In this document: one piece after another, positions 16,194-25,665 of the stretch
How the letters are laid out: every line of letters begins with the position of its first letter
How positions within the stretch are numbered: the stretch's first letter is position 1
Translations under genes and position numbers: made by a program
NCBI GenBank assembly: GCA_026394195.1
Contig: JAPKYS010000054.1
Span: forward strand, 20,583-84,582
Reading direction: 5' to 3'
Origin: a bacterium
GTDB taxonomy: Bacteria; Electryoneota; B3-LCP
Length of the DNA: 64,000 nucleotides
The notes under the pieces: generated by a model
Seen by the model: the letters and a program-made list of their open reading frames with translations, nothing else
What the model was told of the DNA's origin: nothing
Database searches by the model: none

Positions 16194-17744
16194 ATGACGC
16201 AATCGAAATCCCGGCTGGTGGGATGGCTGGTTTTAATCGTAGTCATCAGCATTGCACTCTATCTCTACTTCGGGCTGATTCATAATAAAGACACTCAGAA
16301 CTCTCAACCGCCTGCGGCGAAAGAGGTCTACACCTGCCCCATGCATCCGGAGATCATACGGGATAATCCTGGTGATTGCCCTATCTGCGGCATGAAATTG
16401 GTGATCATGAAAACCGCCGACAGTACCGTAACGAATCCGTCATCTCAACCGGAATCGAAATCCGCTGAATCCAACGAGGCTGTGAAATATCAGTGCCCCA
16501 TGCATCCAGCGATCATCCGGGATCAACCGGGTGACTGCCCCATCTGCGGCATGAAACTGGTCCAGATGAAGAGTACTTCCCAGAACCAGGGAACGTCTCA
16601 TCCCTCGGATCCCAAGAGGATCGCATTCTATCGCTCACCGATGGATCCCAAACAGACTTCACCGACGCCCCGCAAGGACGAGATGGGGATGGACTATATT
16701 CCAGTCTATGAAGAAGAGGCTTCCGGCGGTGGGGGCAACGTATCCAACCGCGTTGAGGTCACTATCGATCCATCGCGGCAGCAATTGATCGGACTCCGTA
16801 CAGCCACTGTCATGCACAGCGATATCAGCTCTGACTGGCGTACCGTCGGAGTCGTCCAGATCAATCCCACCAAAGTGACGAAAACGAACGTCAAAGTATT
16901 TGGCTACGTGGAAAAAGTTTTTGCAGATTTCGTCGGCAAATCCGTACGACGCGGCGAACCCCTTTTCACCTACTACAGCCCCGATCTCCTGGCGGCACAG
17001 CAGGATTACCTGCTTGCTCATAAGGCGAGCCGCTCAGGCGGCGTCGATGCGTCAAACGACAGTCTGATGCTTTCCGTGGTGCGCCAGAAACTGATGCTCT
17101 GGGACGTCTCTCAAGTAGACATTATTCGGCTTGAACAGACCGGAGCGGCAACCAGGGCGTTGACCATTGTTTCGCCGGTTACCGGAGTTGTCACGGCAAA
17201 AAACATTGTCGCGGGTTCATCCATGAATCCCGGTGACGCAGCATACGAAATCACTGACCTGAATTCGGTTTGGGTCCTCGCCGATGCTTACCAATCCGAT
17301 GCAGCTAACATCAAAATCGGTATGTCAGCCACTATAACTTTGCAATCCTTGCCGCATCGTATCTTCAAGGGAACTGTAGCGTTTGTCGATCCGTTGCTGG
17401 ATCCACAGAGTCGTACATTTAAAGTTCGAATCAACGTCGATAATTCCAGCGGCGAGCTGAAGCCCGAAATGTTTGCAGATATCGAGCTTCAGAGTTCAGG
17501 ACATGATGCGCTGACGATTCCGGCAGATGCCATCATCCCATCCGGAAGAACGAATATGGTTTTTGTCGCCCTTAGCGAAGGCAAATTCCAGCCTCGAGCA
17601 GTAAAGTTGGGTGAGAAATCCGGCGACCGCGTCGAGGTTATAGAAGGGCTCAGCGAGGGCGAAAATGTCGTTACACGCGCGAATTTCTTGATAGATTCCG
17701 AGTCCTCGCTCCGCTCTGCACTGGCTGCCGTGGGAGGGAATTAG
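16194..17744 (+). CDS. cusB: Efflux RND periplasmic adaptor (CusB/CzcB-type) with two N-terminal heavy-metal-binding domains
   Basis: Duplicated YTCPMHPEIIRDNPGDCPICGMKL / YQCPMHPAIIRDQPGDCPICGMKL (HMBD, CPxCGM). The membrane-fusion-protein body follows. AAGGAAA RBS before ATG 16194. Confidence 0.8.
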   Translation: MTQSKSRLVGWLVLIVVISIALYLYFGLIHNKDTQNSQPPAAKEVYTCPMHPEIIRDNPGDCPICGMKLVIMKTADSTVTNPSSQPESKSAESNEAVKYQCPMHPAIIRDQPGDCPICGMKLVQMKSTSQNQGTSHPSDPKRIAFYRSPMDPKQTSPTPRKDEMGMDYIPVYEEEASGGGGNVSNRVEVTIDPSRQQLIGLRTATVMHSDISSDWRTVGVVQINPTKVTKTNVKVFGYVEKVFADFVGKSVRRGEPLFTYYSPDLLAAQQDYLLAHKASRSGGVDASNDSLMLSVVRQKLMLWDVSQVDIIRLEQTGAATRALTIVSPVTGVVTAKNIVAGSSMNPGDAAYEITDLNSVWVLADAYQSDAANIKIGMSATITLQSLPHRIFKGTVAFVDPLLDPQSRTFKVRINVDNSSGELKPEMFADIELQSSGHDALTIPADAIIPSGRTNMVFVALSEGKFQPRAVKLGEKSGDRVEVIEGLSEGENVVTRANFLIDSESSLRSALAAVGGN

Positions 17745-17745
17745 C

Positions 17746-20700
17746 ATGTTGCAGCGGATTATTCGCTTTTCCGCCGAGAACAAGTTCCTCGTAGTCGGAG
17801 CCACGTTGGTTGCGCTGATGATCGCATTCTGGACCATGCAGCGCATTCCGCTGGATGCATTGCCCGATCTTTCAGACACACAGGTGATTGTGTATTCCAA
17901 GTGGGATCGCAGTCCGGACATTCTTGAAGATCAGGTGACTTACCCGATCATCAGTGCCCTACTCGGTGCGCCCAAGGTTAAGGCAATCCGCGGATTCTCA
18001 GATTTCGGCTACAGCTATGTCTACGTGATTTTCGAAGACGGCACGGACATCTACTGGGCGCGAACACGCGTGCTCGAATACCTTTCCAAGATCACTTCGC
18101 AACTTCCCGCCGGCGTGAAGACTGAATTGGGGCCAGATGCAACAAGTCTTGGATGGGTTTTTCAATACGCCCTGCTGGACTCTACCGGGAAGAATAGCAG
18201 TGATGAGTTGCGCAGTTACCAGGATTGGTTTTTACGGTACGAGGTTCAGAGCGTACCCGGTGTGGCAGAGGTGGCTACAGTTGGTGGTCAGGTGCGGCAG
18301 TACCAGATAACAGTCGATCCGAATAAACTTGCCAATTACGGTTTGCCGCTGGACAGGGTGGTCGAGGCGGTCCGCAAGGGCAACAACGACGTAGGCGGTC
18401 GCCTCGTGGAAATTTCCGGCCGTGAATATATGGTGCGTGGTCGAGGGTATGTGAAATCCATCGGTGATCTCGAGAGTCTCGTCCTCAAATCGGAGAATGG
18501 CACGCCGATCACAGTCAAAGACGTCGCGACTGTGCAATTAGGCCCGGAATTGAGACGTGGTATCGCCGATTACAACGGCAAAGGGGACGTTGTCGGTGGT
18601 ATCGTGGTTATGCGTCAGGGAGAGAACGCGCTGAACGTGATTAATCGCGTGAAAGCCAAATTGGAGGATCTTAAGCCTTCGCTACCGCCCGGTGCGACGA
18701 TTATCACCACGTATGACCGCTCGGAACTGATTGATCGAGCGATTGATACGGTGAAAAGCAAGCTCATTGAAGAAATGATCGTCGTTGCGCTCATCATCCT
18801 TTTGTTCCTCTGGCATATTCCTTCTGCGTCAATTCCGATTGTAACCATACCTGTGAGTGTAGCGCTGGCATTCATTCCCATGTACTTAATGGGGCTCACT
18901 GCCAACTTGATGTCGCTTGCCGGTATCGCGATTTCCATCGGTGTCCTCGTGGATGGAGCGATTGTGGAGGTGGAGAACGCGTACAACAAGATCTATCACT
19001 GGCAGGCAGCCGGGTCAAAAGGTGATTTTTACAAGGTGCGACTTGAAGCCCTGATGGAAGTGGGACCTTCAGTATTCTTCTCGCTGCTCGTGATAGCGGT
19101 TGCCTTCATGCCCATCTTTACGCTGGTAGATCAGGAAGGTCGTCTGTTTAAGCCGCTTGCCTATTCGAAGAATCTTGCCATGGCGATTGCCGCGATTCTC
19201 GCCGTTACGCTTGATCCGGCAATGCGGATGATGTTCGCGCGCATTAAACCGTATCAGTTCAAACCCAAATTCCTCGCATGGACCGCCACCAAACTTGTGG
19301 TTGGAAAGTATTATTCCGAAGAAAAGCACCCCATCAGCAAGTTGATGCACAGGATCTATGACGGTCCTTGCCGTTTTGTGCTGCGACACCCCAAAGCCAC
19401 GATTCTGGCGAGTTTCGTGATAGTGCTTCTGACCATTCCGGTCTATATGAAGCTTGGATCCGAATTCATGCCGCCGCTCCGGGAAGGATCTCTGCTGTAC
19501 ATGCCTTCTGCTGTGCAGCCGGGAATGTCCGTTGCCGAGGCGCAGCAAGCTCTGCAGGTACAAGATAAGTTGCTGATGACGATTCCCGAGATCGACCGTG
19601 TTTTCGGCAAGGCTGGTCGCGCGGAAACATCCACCGATCCCGCGCCATTCACCATGATGGAAACGACCATTCTTTTGAAGCCCGAATCGCAATGGCGCGA
19701 AAAGCCTCGTTGGTATTCAAGCTGGTCCCCGGAGTGGTTGAAAAGCGTCCTTCGCACCATGTGGCGTGACCGGATTACGGAAGCTGAATTGGTCGCCGAA
19801 TTGGATGAGACGCTGCAGTTGCCAGGCATCAGCAACGCCTGGACGATGCCGATTAAGGCTCGTCTCGACATGCTGTCAACGGGGATTCGCACACCCGTGG
19901 GCATTAAGGTATCGGGCGCCGATCTCGCTACCATTCAGCAAATCGCCGTAAATATCGAGACCGCTCTGCAAAAGGTTCCGGATACTCGCAGCGTCTATGC
20001 GGAACGCGTTGCGGGTGGCTACTTCCTTGATTTCGTATTGAAACGAGATCGACTGGCTCGTTATGGCCTCTCTGTTGATGATGCCAACATGATGGTCATG
20101 ACCGCAGTCGGCGGCGATAATCAAACCACCACCTATGAAGGTCGGGCGCGCTATGGTGTGAATGTTCGCTATGCTCGGGACTTCCGAAACGATCTCAATG
20201 CCCTGCGTCGTGTTCTGATTTCCCTGCCCGATGGCAAGGGACAAATTCCCATGGAGGAGATCGCTGACATTAATTTGGTGGAAGGTCCGTCGATGATTCG
20301 AGACGAGAACGGTCTCCTGGCGGGCTATGTCTTCGTGGACTTCGACCCTTCCAAAGTGGACGTCGGGCGGTATGTTGAGAATGCGAAACAGGCAGTAGCT
20401 GCCTCCGTGACAACTCCCGCCGGCTATTCGTTAGTTTGGAGTGGGCAGTACGAAAATATGTTACGAGTGCAGGAACGGCTGAAGTTCATTGTGCCTCTTA
20501 CGCTGGTGTTGATCTTCGCCTTGCTCTATATGAATACCAAATCGGGATTCAAATCCCTGGTTGTGATGCTCGCAGTTCCGTTTTCAGCGGTCGGCGCGAT
20601 CTGGTTGCTGTATCTGCTCGGATACAACATCTCCATCGCGGTTTGGGTTGGCATGATTGCGCTGTTAGGTCTCGATGCAGAAACCGGAGTCTTCATGCTG

Positions 20701-21042
20701 CTCTTTCTCGATCTCTCGCATGCTGAGGCGAAAGCCAAAGGACTACTCCGTACTACCGGCGATCTGACGGAAGCAATCGTGCATGGCGCCGTAAAACGAG
20801 TTCGCCCCAAGGCGATGACGGTCTTCGCCGCGTTTCTCGGATTGCTGCCAATCATGTGGTCAACGGGAACTGGGTCGGACGTCATGAAGCGCATCGCCGC
20901 TCCCATGGTCGGAGGTTTGATCACCTCATTTGCCATGGAACTTCTGGTCTATCCCCCTATCTACTATCTGTGGAAGCGGAAGGAAGTTGTTCCTGGAGAG
21001 CCGACGTCACCCGAAGTGGTAACCTCGATGCCTGTTGCCTGA
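17746..21042 (+). CDS. cusA: Heavy-metal efflux RND transporter, CusA/CzcA family
   Basis: 1098 aa. 12-TM RND architecture. Translationally coupled (1-nt gap) to the adaptor gene. Confidence 0.85.
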   Translation: MLQRIIRFSAENKFLVVGATLVALMIAFWTMQRIPLDALPDLSDTQVIVYSKWDRSPDILEDQVTYPIISALLGAPKVKAIRGFSDFGYSYVYVIFEDGTDIYWARTRVLEYLSKITSQLPAGVKTELGPDATSLGWVFQYALLDSTGKNSSDELRSYQDWFLRYEVQSVPGVAEVATVGGQVRQYQITVDPNKLANYGLPLDRVVEAVRKGNNDVGGRLVEISGREYMVRGRGYVKSIGDLESLVLKSENGTPITVKDVATVQLGPELRRGIADYNGKGDVVGGIVVMRQGENALNVINRVKAKLEDLKPSLPPGATIITTYDRSELIDRAIDTVKSKLIEEMIVVALIILLFLWHIPSASIPIVTIPVSVALAFIPMYLMGLTANLMSLAGIAISIGVLVDGAIVEVENAYNKIYHWQAAGSKGDFYKVRLEALMEVGPSVFFSLLVIAVAFMPIFTLVDQEGRLFKPLAYSKNLAMAIAAILAVTLDPAMRMMFARIKPYQFKPKFLAWTATKLVVGKYYSEEKHPISKLMHRIYDGPCRFVLRHPKATILASFVIVLLTIPVYMKLGSEFMPPLREGSLLYMPSAVQPGMSVAEAQQALQVQDKLLMTIPEIDRVFGKAGRAETSTDPAPFTMMETTILLKPESQWREKPRWYSSWSPEWLKSVLRTMWRDRITEAELVAELDETLQLPGISNAWTMPIKARLDMLSTGIRTPVGIKVSGADLATIQQIAVNIETALQKVPDTRSVYAERVAGGYFLDFVLKRDRLARYGLSVDDANMMVMTAVGGDNQTTTYEGRARYGVNVRYARDFRNDLNALRRVLISLPDGKGQIPMEEIADINLVEGPSMIRDENGLLAGYVFVDFDPSKVDVGRYVENAKQAVAASVTTPAGYSLVWSGQYENMLRVQERLKFIVPLTLVLIFALLYMNTKSGFKSLVVMLAVPFSAVGAIWLLYLLGYNISIAVWVGMIALLGLDAETGVFMLLFLDLSHAEAKAKGLLRTTGDLTEAIVHGAVKRVRPKAMTVFAAFLGLLPIMWSTGTGSDVMKRIAAPMVGGLITSFAMELLVYPPIYYLWKRKEVVPGEPTSPEVVTSMPVA

Positions 21043-21218
21043 TCGTATGGTCGCAGGGCACCGGCGCCGACCTGATGAAACCGATCGCAGCTCCGATGAT
21101 CGGCGGGCTGCTGACTTCAGCGGTGCACGTTCTGATCGTCACTCCGGTGATCTTCGCTCTGATGAAAGAGCGTGAAATGAAAAGAGGCGAGCTGAAACCG
21201 GCAGAAATGCATTTTTAA
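21037..21218 (+). pseudogene. Duplicated remnant of a cusA 3-prime end (last ~57 codons of a divergent CusA C-terminus) in the +2 frame relative to cusA
   Basis: LIVWSQGTGADLMKPIAAPMIGGLLTSAVHVLIVTPVIFALMKERE aligns with the cusA C-terminus LPIMWSTGTGSDVMKRIAAPMVGGLITSFAMELLVYPPIYYLWKRKE. Identity is about 70% at nucleotide level. Confidence 0.55.
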
Positions 21219-21246
21219 GGAAACCCTTCGTAGCTGAGAATAAACA

Positions 21247-21274
21247 GGGCGCAGCATGCTGCGCCCCGTTTTTC
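21247..21274. terminator. Bidirectional rho-independent terminator GGGCGCAGCATGCTGCGCCCC flanked by T-runs on both strands
   Basis: Hairpin followed by GTTTTTCT on plus and TGTTTATTCT on minus. Sits between the convergent cusA and SBBP-repeat genes. Confidence 0.6.
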
Positions 21275-21300
21275 TCGTGACTCGTGACTCGAAACTCGTA

Positions 21301-23142
21301 CTACTTCAGTAAAACCATTTTCCCTGTCAGCATAGTCGGGGTCGCCCCTGACCCCGACGCTGACAGTCTGTAGAGATAGACACCGGAGACCAGCTCTGAC
21401 CCATCAAACGTCACCTCGTGCGATCCCGCCTCCCTCCAGCCGTTGATTAACGTGGTAACCAACCGCCCGGAAACGTCGAACACCTCCAACGTTACGAGAC
21501 TGTTCGCAGGCAGATCAAAACAGATGATCGTAGTGGGGTTGAAGGGGTTGGGAAAGTTCTGCTCCAAGCGATACTCTGACGGCAGCGGCGCGCCGAAAGC
21601 GGTTGCGACCGGCTGCTGCCAGTTGGGCAGGTCGGTAGCGGAATATTTGATGGTGGCGTAGTCGCTACCGGTTCCTATTCCCCTGCTATAACCTGTTACG
21701 TAGGCGTTGCCGTTGCCGTCCACCTCCAGGCTGGTAGCATAATCATCGCCGTTACCAGACCCCTGGTAGCGCGCCACCCACTCCTGAACTCCGGCGGAAT
21801 TGTACTTGATGCTGGCGTAGTCTTCATTAGTCTCCCCGCTTCCAGGACTATAACCTGTTACATAGACGTTGCCGCTGCCGTCCACCGCCAGGCTGGTAGC
21901 CTCATCATAGTCGTTACCAGGCCCATTATAGCGCGCCACCCACTGCTGAACTCCGGTGGAATTGTACTTGATGGTGGCGTAGTCGTAACCAGTCCCGCCT
22001 CCATCACTCCAACCCGTTACGTAGACGTTGCCGCTGCCGTCCACCGCCAGGCTGTTAGCACTATCAACGTCGTTATCAGTCCCGTTGTAGCGCGCCACCC
22101 ACTCCTGAACCCCGGAGGAATTGTACATCATGGTGGCGTAGTCTCGATTAGTCCCACTTCCATAACTATAACCTGTTATGTAGATGTTGCCGCTGCCGTC
22201 CACCGCCAGGCTGGTAGCCTCATCAGGGTCGCTACCAGGCCCGTTGTAGCGCGCCACCCACTGCTGAACCCCGGAGGAATTGTACTTGATGGTGGCGTAG
22301 TCGCCATTAGTAGCGCTTCCCCAACTATAACCCGTTACGTAGACGTTGCCGCTGCCGTCCACCGCCAGGCTTCTAGCCCAATCATCGCGATTACCAGGCC
22401 CGTTGTAGCGCGCCGCCCACTCCTGAACTCCGGCGGAACTGTATTTGATGGTGGCGTAGTCGTCATAAGTCCCGCTTCCCCAACTATAACCCGTTACGTA
22501 GACGTTGCCGCTGCCGTCCACCGCCAGGCTTGTAGCATAATCATCGCCGTTACTAGGCCCGTTGTAGCGCGCCACCCACTCCTGAAATCCGGCGGAATTG
22601 TACTTGATGGTGGCGTAGTCGTCATCAGTCCCGCTTCCATGACTATAACCTGTCACGTAGACGTTGCCGCTGCCGTCCACCGCCAGGCTTGTAGCATAAT
22701 CATAGATGTTTCCCGGTCCGTTGTAGCGCGCCACCCATTCTGGCGGCTTCAGTTTACAAAAAACTAACTGATCGCTATCCCAGATGGTGTTGGGGTAGAT
22801 GCCGATATTGGCAGTCAAGACATAATTACCCATGGGCGATGCTGCTGGAGCGGTTTGCATAAAAGATCGTTGGATGGTTTGCCCCGCGGTAATCCCTGCC
22901 GTCCAAGGTTGCAGCGTCACGCGCTGTTCCCCATCCGGCGCGGTAATAACGCACCACAAGGTACATTGCTGGGGTGTGGATTCATGGTTGGTCACAGAAA
23001 CTTGATAGTTGAACGATCCCCCTTCCGGAGGGATCTCGGTGGGATTAATCAGTGGCGTGACTTGGACGGTGAGATACTGAGCGAAAGCGATAGTGGCGGT
23101 TACCAGCAGAACCGCAAGAATAGAGAAATGAGAACAGCGCAT
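21301..23142 (-). CDS. SBBP (beta-propeller) repeat protein with T9SS C-terminal sorting domain
   Basis: About 9 tandem ~47-aa repeats (EWVARYNGPGN.DDYATSLAVDGSGNVYVTGYS.GSGT.DDYATIKYNSAGVQ). Signal peptide. The CTD is QNFPNPFNPTTIICFDLP...GKMVLLK. Confidence 0.8.
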   Translation of the reverse strand: MRCSHFSILAVLLVTATIAFAQYLTVQVTPLINPTEIPPEGGSFNYQVSVTNHESTPQQCTLWCVITAPDGEQRVTLQPWTAGITAGQTIQRSFMQTAPAASPMGNYVLTANIGIYPNTIWDSDQLVFCKLKPPEWVARYNGPGNIYDYATSLAVDGSGNVYVTGYSHGSGTDDDYATIKYNSAGFQEWVARYNGPSNGDDYATSLAVDGSGNVYVTGYSWGSGTYDDYATIKYSSAGVQEWAARYNGPGNRDDWARSLAVDGSGNVYVTGYSWGSATNGDYATIKYNSSGVQQWVARYNGPGSDPDEATSLAVDGSGNIYITGYSYGSGTNRDYATMMYNSSGVQEWVARYNGTDNDVDSANSLAVDGSGNVYVTGWSDGGGTGYDYATIKYNSTGVQQWVARYNGPGNDYDEATSLAVDGSGNVYVTGYSPGSGETNEDYASIKYNSAGVQEWVARYQGSGNGDDYATSLEVDGNGNAYVTGYSRGIGTGSDYATIKYSATDLPNWQQPVATAFGAPLPSEYRLEQNFPNPFNPTTIICFDLPANSLVTLEVFDVSGRLVTTLINGWREAGSHEVTFDGSELVSGVYLYRLSASGSGATPTMLTGKMVLLK

Positions 23143-23235
23143 GGTGGTCTCCTAAAAGAAAAGAATTGATGATTATACTCGATGGGGTAGCGTCAGTGAG
23201 TATAAAAAGGTAGTAGAACGCCAACCTACCTCAAG

Positions 23236-23264
23236 AATATACACAACTATTTCCCAAAAGTCAA
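23236..23264 (-). promoter_or_regulatory. Sigma70-like promoter on minus strand (TTGACT - 17 nt - TATATT) upstream of the SBBP-repeat gene
   Basis: Reverse complement of 23236-23264 reads TTGACTTTTGGGAAATAGTTGTGTATATT. Confidence 0.4.
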
Positions 23265-23374
23265 GCAAATAAATCGGCGGTGGAAAGAAATTCATGAAAT
23301 TTTGATCAGATAAAACCAATGAAAGCAAAAAAGCGACCCACCGGCCGCTTTATTCTTCTATCTTCAATCTCCAA

Positions 23375-23821
23375 TTATTGGCAAATCTTCCCTACAACCG
23401 ACAGAAACAGACACGTATACACCCCCACGATCACGTCGTCAATCATAATGCCCCAACCGCCGGGGAGTTTCTGCGACACACGCGCCGGAAAGGGTTTCCA
23501 CACGTCTAAGGCGCGGAAGATCAAGAAGGAAGCGATATAAACGGGGATGGTTCTGGGCAGAAACAACAGCGAGATCCACTGCCCCACGAACTCATCGAAG
23601 GTTGCTTGCTTGGGGTCATGGCCGTAGGTGTTCTCCATCTGGGTGCAGATGGGCACGCCGATGAAGAAGGTCACGACCACCAGGATAATCTGCGTGGTCG
23701 GTCGGAGCGGTGGCAGGAGTATCCAAATCAAAAGAGCAGCCAGGCTGCCCACCGTCCCCGATGCCACCGGAGCGTACCCCGTCCCCAACCCGCTGCCGAT
23801 GGCTTTAATGATGAATTTCAA
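23375..23821 (-). CDS. pgpA: Phosphatidylglycerophosphatase A
   Basis: GSGLGTGYAPVASGTVGSLAALLIWILL is the PgpA signature. 148 aa. Confidence 0.8.
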   Translation of the reverse strand: MKFIIKAIGSGLGTGYAPVASGTVGSLAALLIWILLPPLRPTTQIILVVVTFFIGVPICTQMENTYGHDPKQATFDEFVGQWISLLFLPRTIPVYIASFLIFRALDVWKPFPARVSQKLPGGWGIMIDDVIVGVYTCLFLSVVGKICQ

Positions 23822-23848
23822 AAATGTCCCCCGCTGAATGATAACCTG

Positions 23849-24460
23849 TCAGGTTGAGTTGCGAGTCTCGTAGCGGCTGCCGGTAATGTAAATAATCCCC
23901 GAAACCACCGTGACCAGCATACAGATGATGAAAAGAATATGTACGATTGAAATGAGGAACTTGTCTCCGGGATAGTAGGCAGCGCTTTCGGGAACAACCC
24001 GGCTGAAATGGCGGAAGTTAAGCAGGACCAGGGTGATGATGATGGTGAACAGTTGAGTGGTGGTTTTGGCTTTGCCCCACATGCTGGTAATCAAAGGCGT
24101 TTCCTGCTTGACCGCCCAGATGCGCAGCACTGTGATGCCGATTTCGCGCACGGCGATAATCGCCACCCAGACCGCCAGATAGGTGGCAACGCCCGCAAAC
24201 TCTTCTCGCAGCACGATAGTGACGAAAGCTGACAAGGTGAGCAATTTATCGGCTAAGGGATCGGCGAATTTGCCAAATGCGGTAACCAGATTAAATTTTC
24301 GAGCCAGTCGGCCGTCCAGGTGGTCGGTCAGTGCGGCAATTATGAAAAAAAGCGTGCCCAACATCTGCCAGATCAGGTCATGGGAGAGGACCAGAACGAC
24401 GATCACGGGCGCCAGAAGCAAGCGAAGTCCTGTCAAGATATTGGGCAGGTTTACAATCAT
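23849..24460 (-). CDS. pgsA: CDP-diacylglycerol--glycerol-3-phosphate 3-phosphatidyltransferase; track ORF extends to 24496, second ATG at 24460 more plausible
   Basis: DHLDGRLARKFNLVTAFGKFADPLADKL is the CDP-alcohol phosphatidyltransferase D-x2-DG-x2-AR...G-x3-D-x3-D motif. Confidence 0.8.
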   Translation of the reverse strand: MIVNLPNILTGLRLLLAPVIVVLVLSHDLIWQMLGTLFFIIAALTDHLDGRLARKFNLVTAFGKFADPLADKLLTLSAFVTIVLREEFAGVATYLAVWVAIIAVREIGITVLRIWAVKQETPLITSMWGKAKTTTQLFTIIITLVLLNFRHFSRVVPESAAYYPGDKFLISIVHILFIICMLVTVVSGIIYITGSRYETRNST

Positions 24461-24582
24461 GGCGTCAGCTGAGCTGGTTGACTGGCGTTTAAGCATCTTT
24501 GCATGATGCTCTTTACTGCCTTGTAGGGGCGCATGGCCTGCGCCCGTTTGTCCCGAATAGAGTACCCGCTGAAGACGTTTTT

Positions 24583-24620
24583 TACTTGGTTACTTGGTTA
24601 CTTATTCACTTGTTTACAAC
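24583..24620. repeat. GTAACCAAGTAACC-family repeat (reverse orientation)
   Basis: Reverse complement matches 427-458 and 49461-49494. Confidence 0.5.
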
Positions 24621-24679
24621 CCGGGTGCGGCCAGTTTTTTACCCTGACCGCACCACAGAATTATACTCGCGAGGTTCCC

Positions 24680-25603
24680 CTATTTCTCCCCGCAACGCTT
24701 CAGGATCTCTTCCCAATTCTCATCGACTTCCTGCTGCAGTTCTGCGATGACGTGCTGGTTTTCGGGACGGAAGAGGTGACGGAAGCGACCCTGCGGTTTC
24801 AGGAAATCCTCGATGGGAAGCTTTTCCTTCGGCTTGAAGTTCAGCTTCCACACGCCATTATCCACTTCAAAACTGGGCCAGAAACAGGTCTTGGCTGCCA
24901 GCCGGGACATGTTGATGGTTTCTTTTTCCTCGTACTTCCACCCCGGTACGCAGGGCGCCAGCACGTTGATGAAAGCCGGTCCTTCGACTTCCAGAGCCTT
25001 TTCAAACTTGCGGCTCAGATCCTTCCAGTTATCAGCCGTCGCCTGAGCAACGTAAGGGATATGGTGAGCCGCCATGATGGCGGTCAAATCCTTACGACGT
25101 CCGGTTTTCCCCGAAGACAGCTTGCCTACGGGGGTCGTGGTGGTGTTGGAACCGCGCGGCGTGGACGACGAACGCTGATTTCCGGTGTTCTGGTACGCTT
25201 CGTTGTCATAACAGATGTAAACCATGTTATGGCCGCGTTCCATGGCGCCGGAAAGCGATTGCAAACCGATGTCATAGGTTCCGCCGTCGCCGCCAAAGCA
25301 GATAAATTTGAAGTTTTCTTTGACCTTGCCGCGGCGCTTTAATGCCAGATAGGCTGCTTCGACTCCGGAAACCGTGGCAGCCACGTTTTCGAAGGCGTTA
25401 TGGATGAAGCTGCACTTCCACGCCGAGTAAGGATATATGGTGGTGGATACTTCAAGACAGCCGGTGGCGGATCCAACAACCAGGTAATCTTCGGTTGAAC
25501 GAACTGCCAGGCGAGCGATCCCCGGTACTCCACATCCCGGGCAGAGCCGGTGTCCAGCGGAAAGCCGCTCAGGTCTTAAAGCCAGGTCCTTTAGTTTAGC
25601 CAT
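24680..25603 (-). CDS. porB: Pyruvate/2-oxoacid:ferredoxin oxidoreductase beta subunit (TPP-binding)
   Basis: CPGCG near the N-terminus. GDGG..DIG TPP motif (FICFGGDGGTYDIG). Last gene of the gamma-delta-alpha-beta set. Confidence 0.8.
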   Translation of the reverse strand: MAKLKDLALRPERLSAGHRLCPGCGVPGIARLAVRSTEDYLVVGSATGCLEVSTTIYPYSAWKCSFIHNAFENVAATVSGVEAAYLALKRRGKVKENFKFICFGGDGGTYDIGLQSLSGAMERGHNMVYICYDNEAYQNTGNQRSSSTPRGSNTTTTPVGKLSSGKTGRRKDLTAIMAAHHIPYVAQATADNWKDLSRKFEKALEVEGPAFINVLAPCVPGWKYEEKETINMSRLAAKTCFWPSFEVDNGVWKLNFKPKEKLPIEDFLKPQGRFRHLFRPENQHVIAELQQEVDENWEEILKRCGEK

Positions 25604-25665
25604 TCTATCTCCAGATTGCGATTTTCTTAATTTGTGTCTGACGTTGCTGTTTCTTCGAGATTGCG

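Noticed and set aside
18232-20936. Multiple 60-200-aa ORFs in both strands within cusA
   Set aside because: They are embedded in a long, well-conserved RND pump gene. These are typical high-GC alternative-frame ORFs.
24533-25342. 269-aa plus-strand ORF
   Set aside because: It is antisense to the well-supported PFOR beta-subunit gene and has no motifs.
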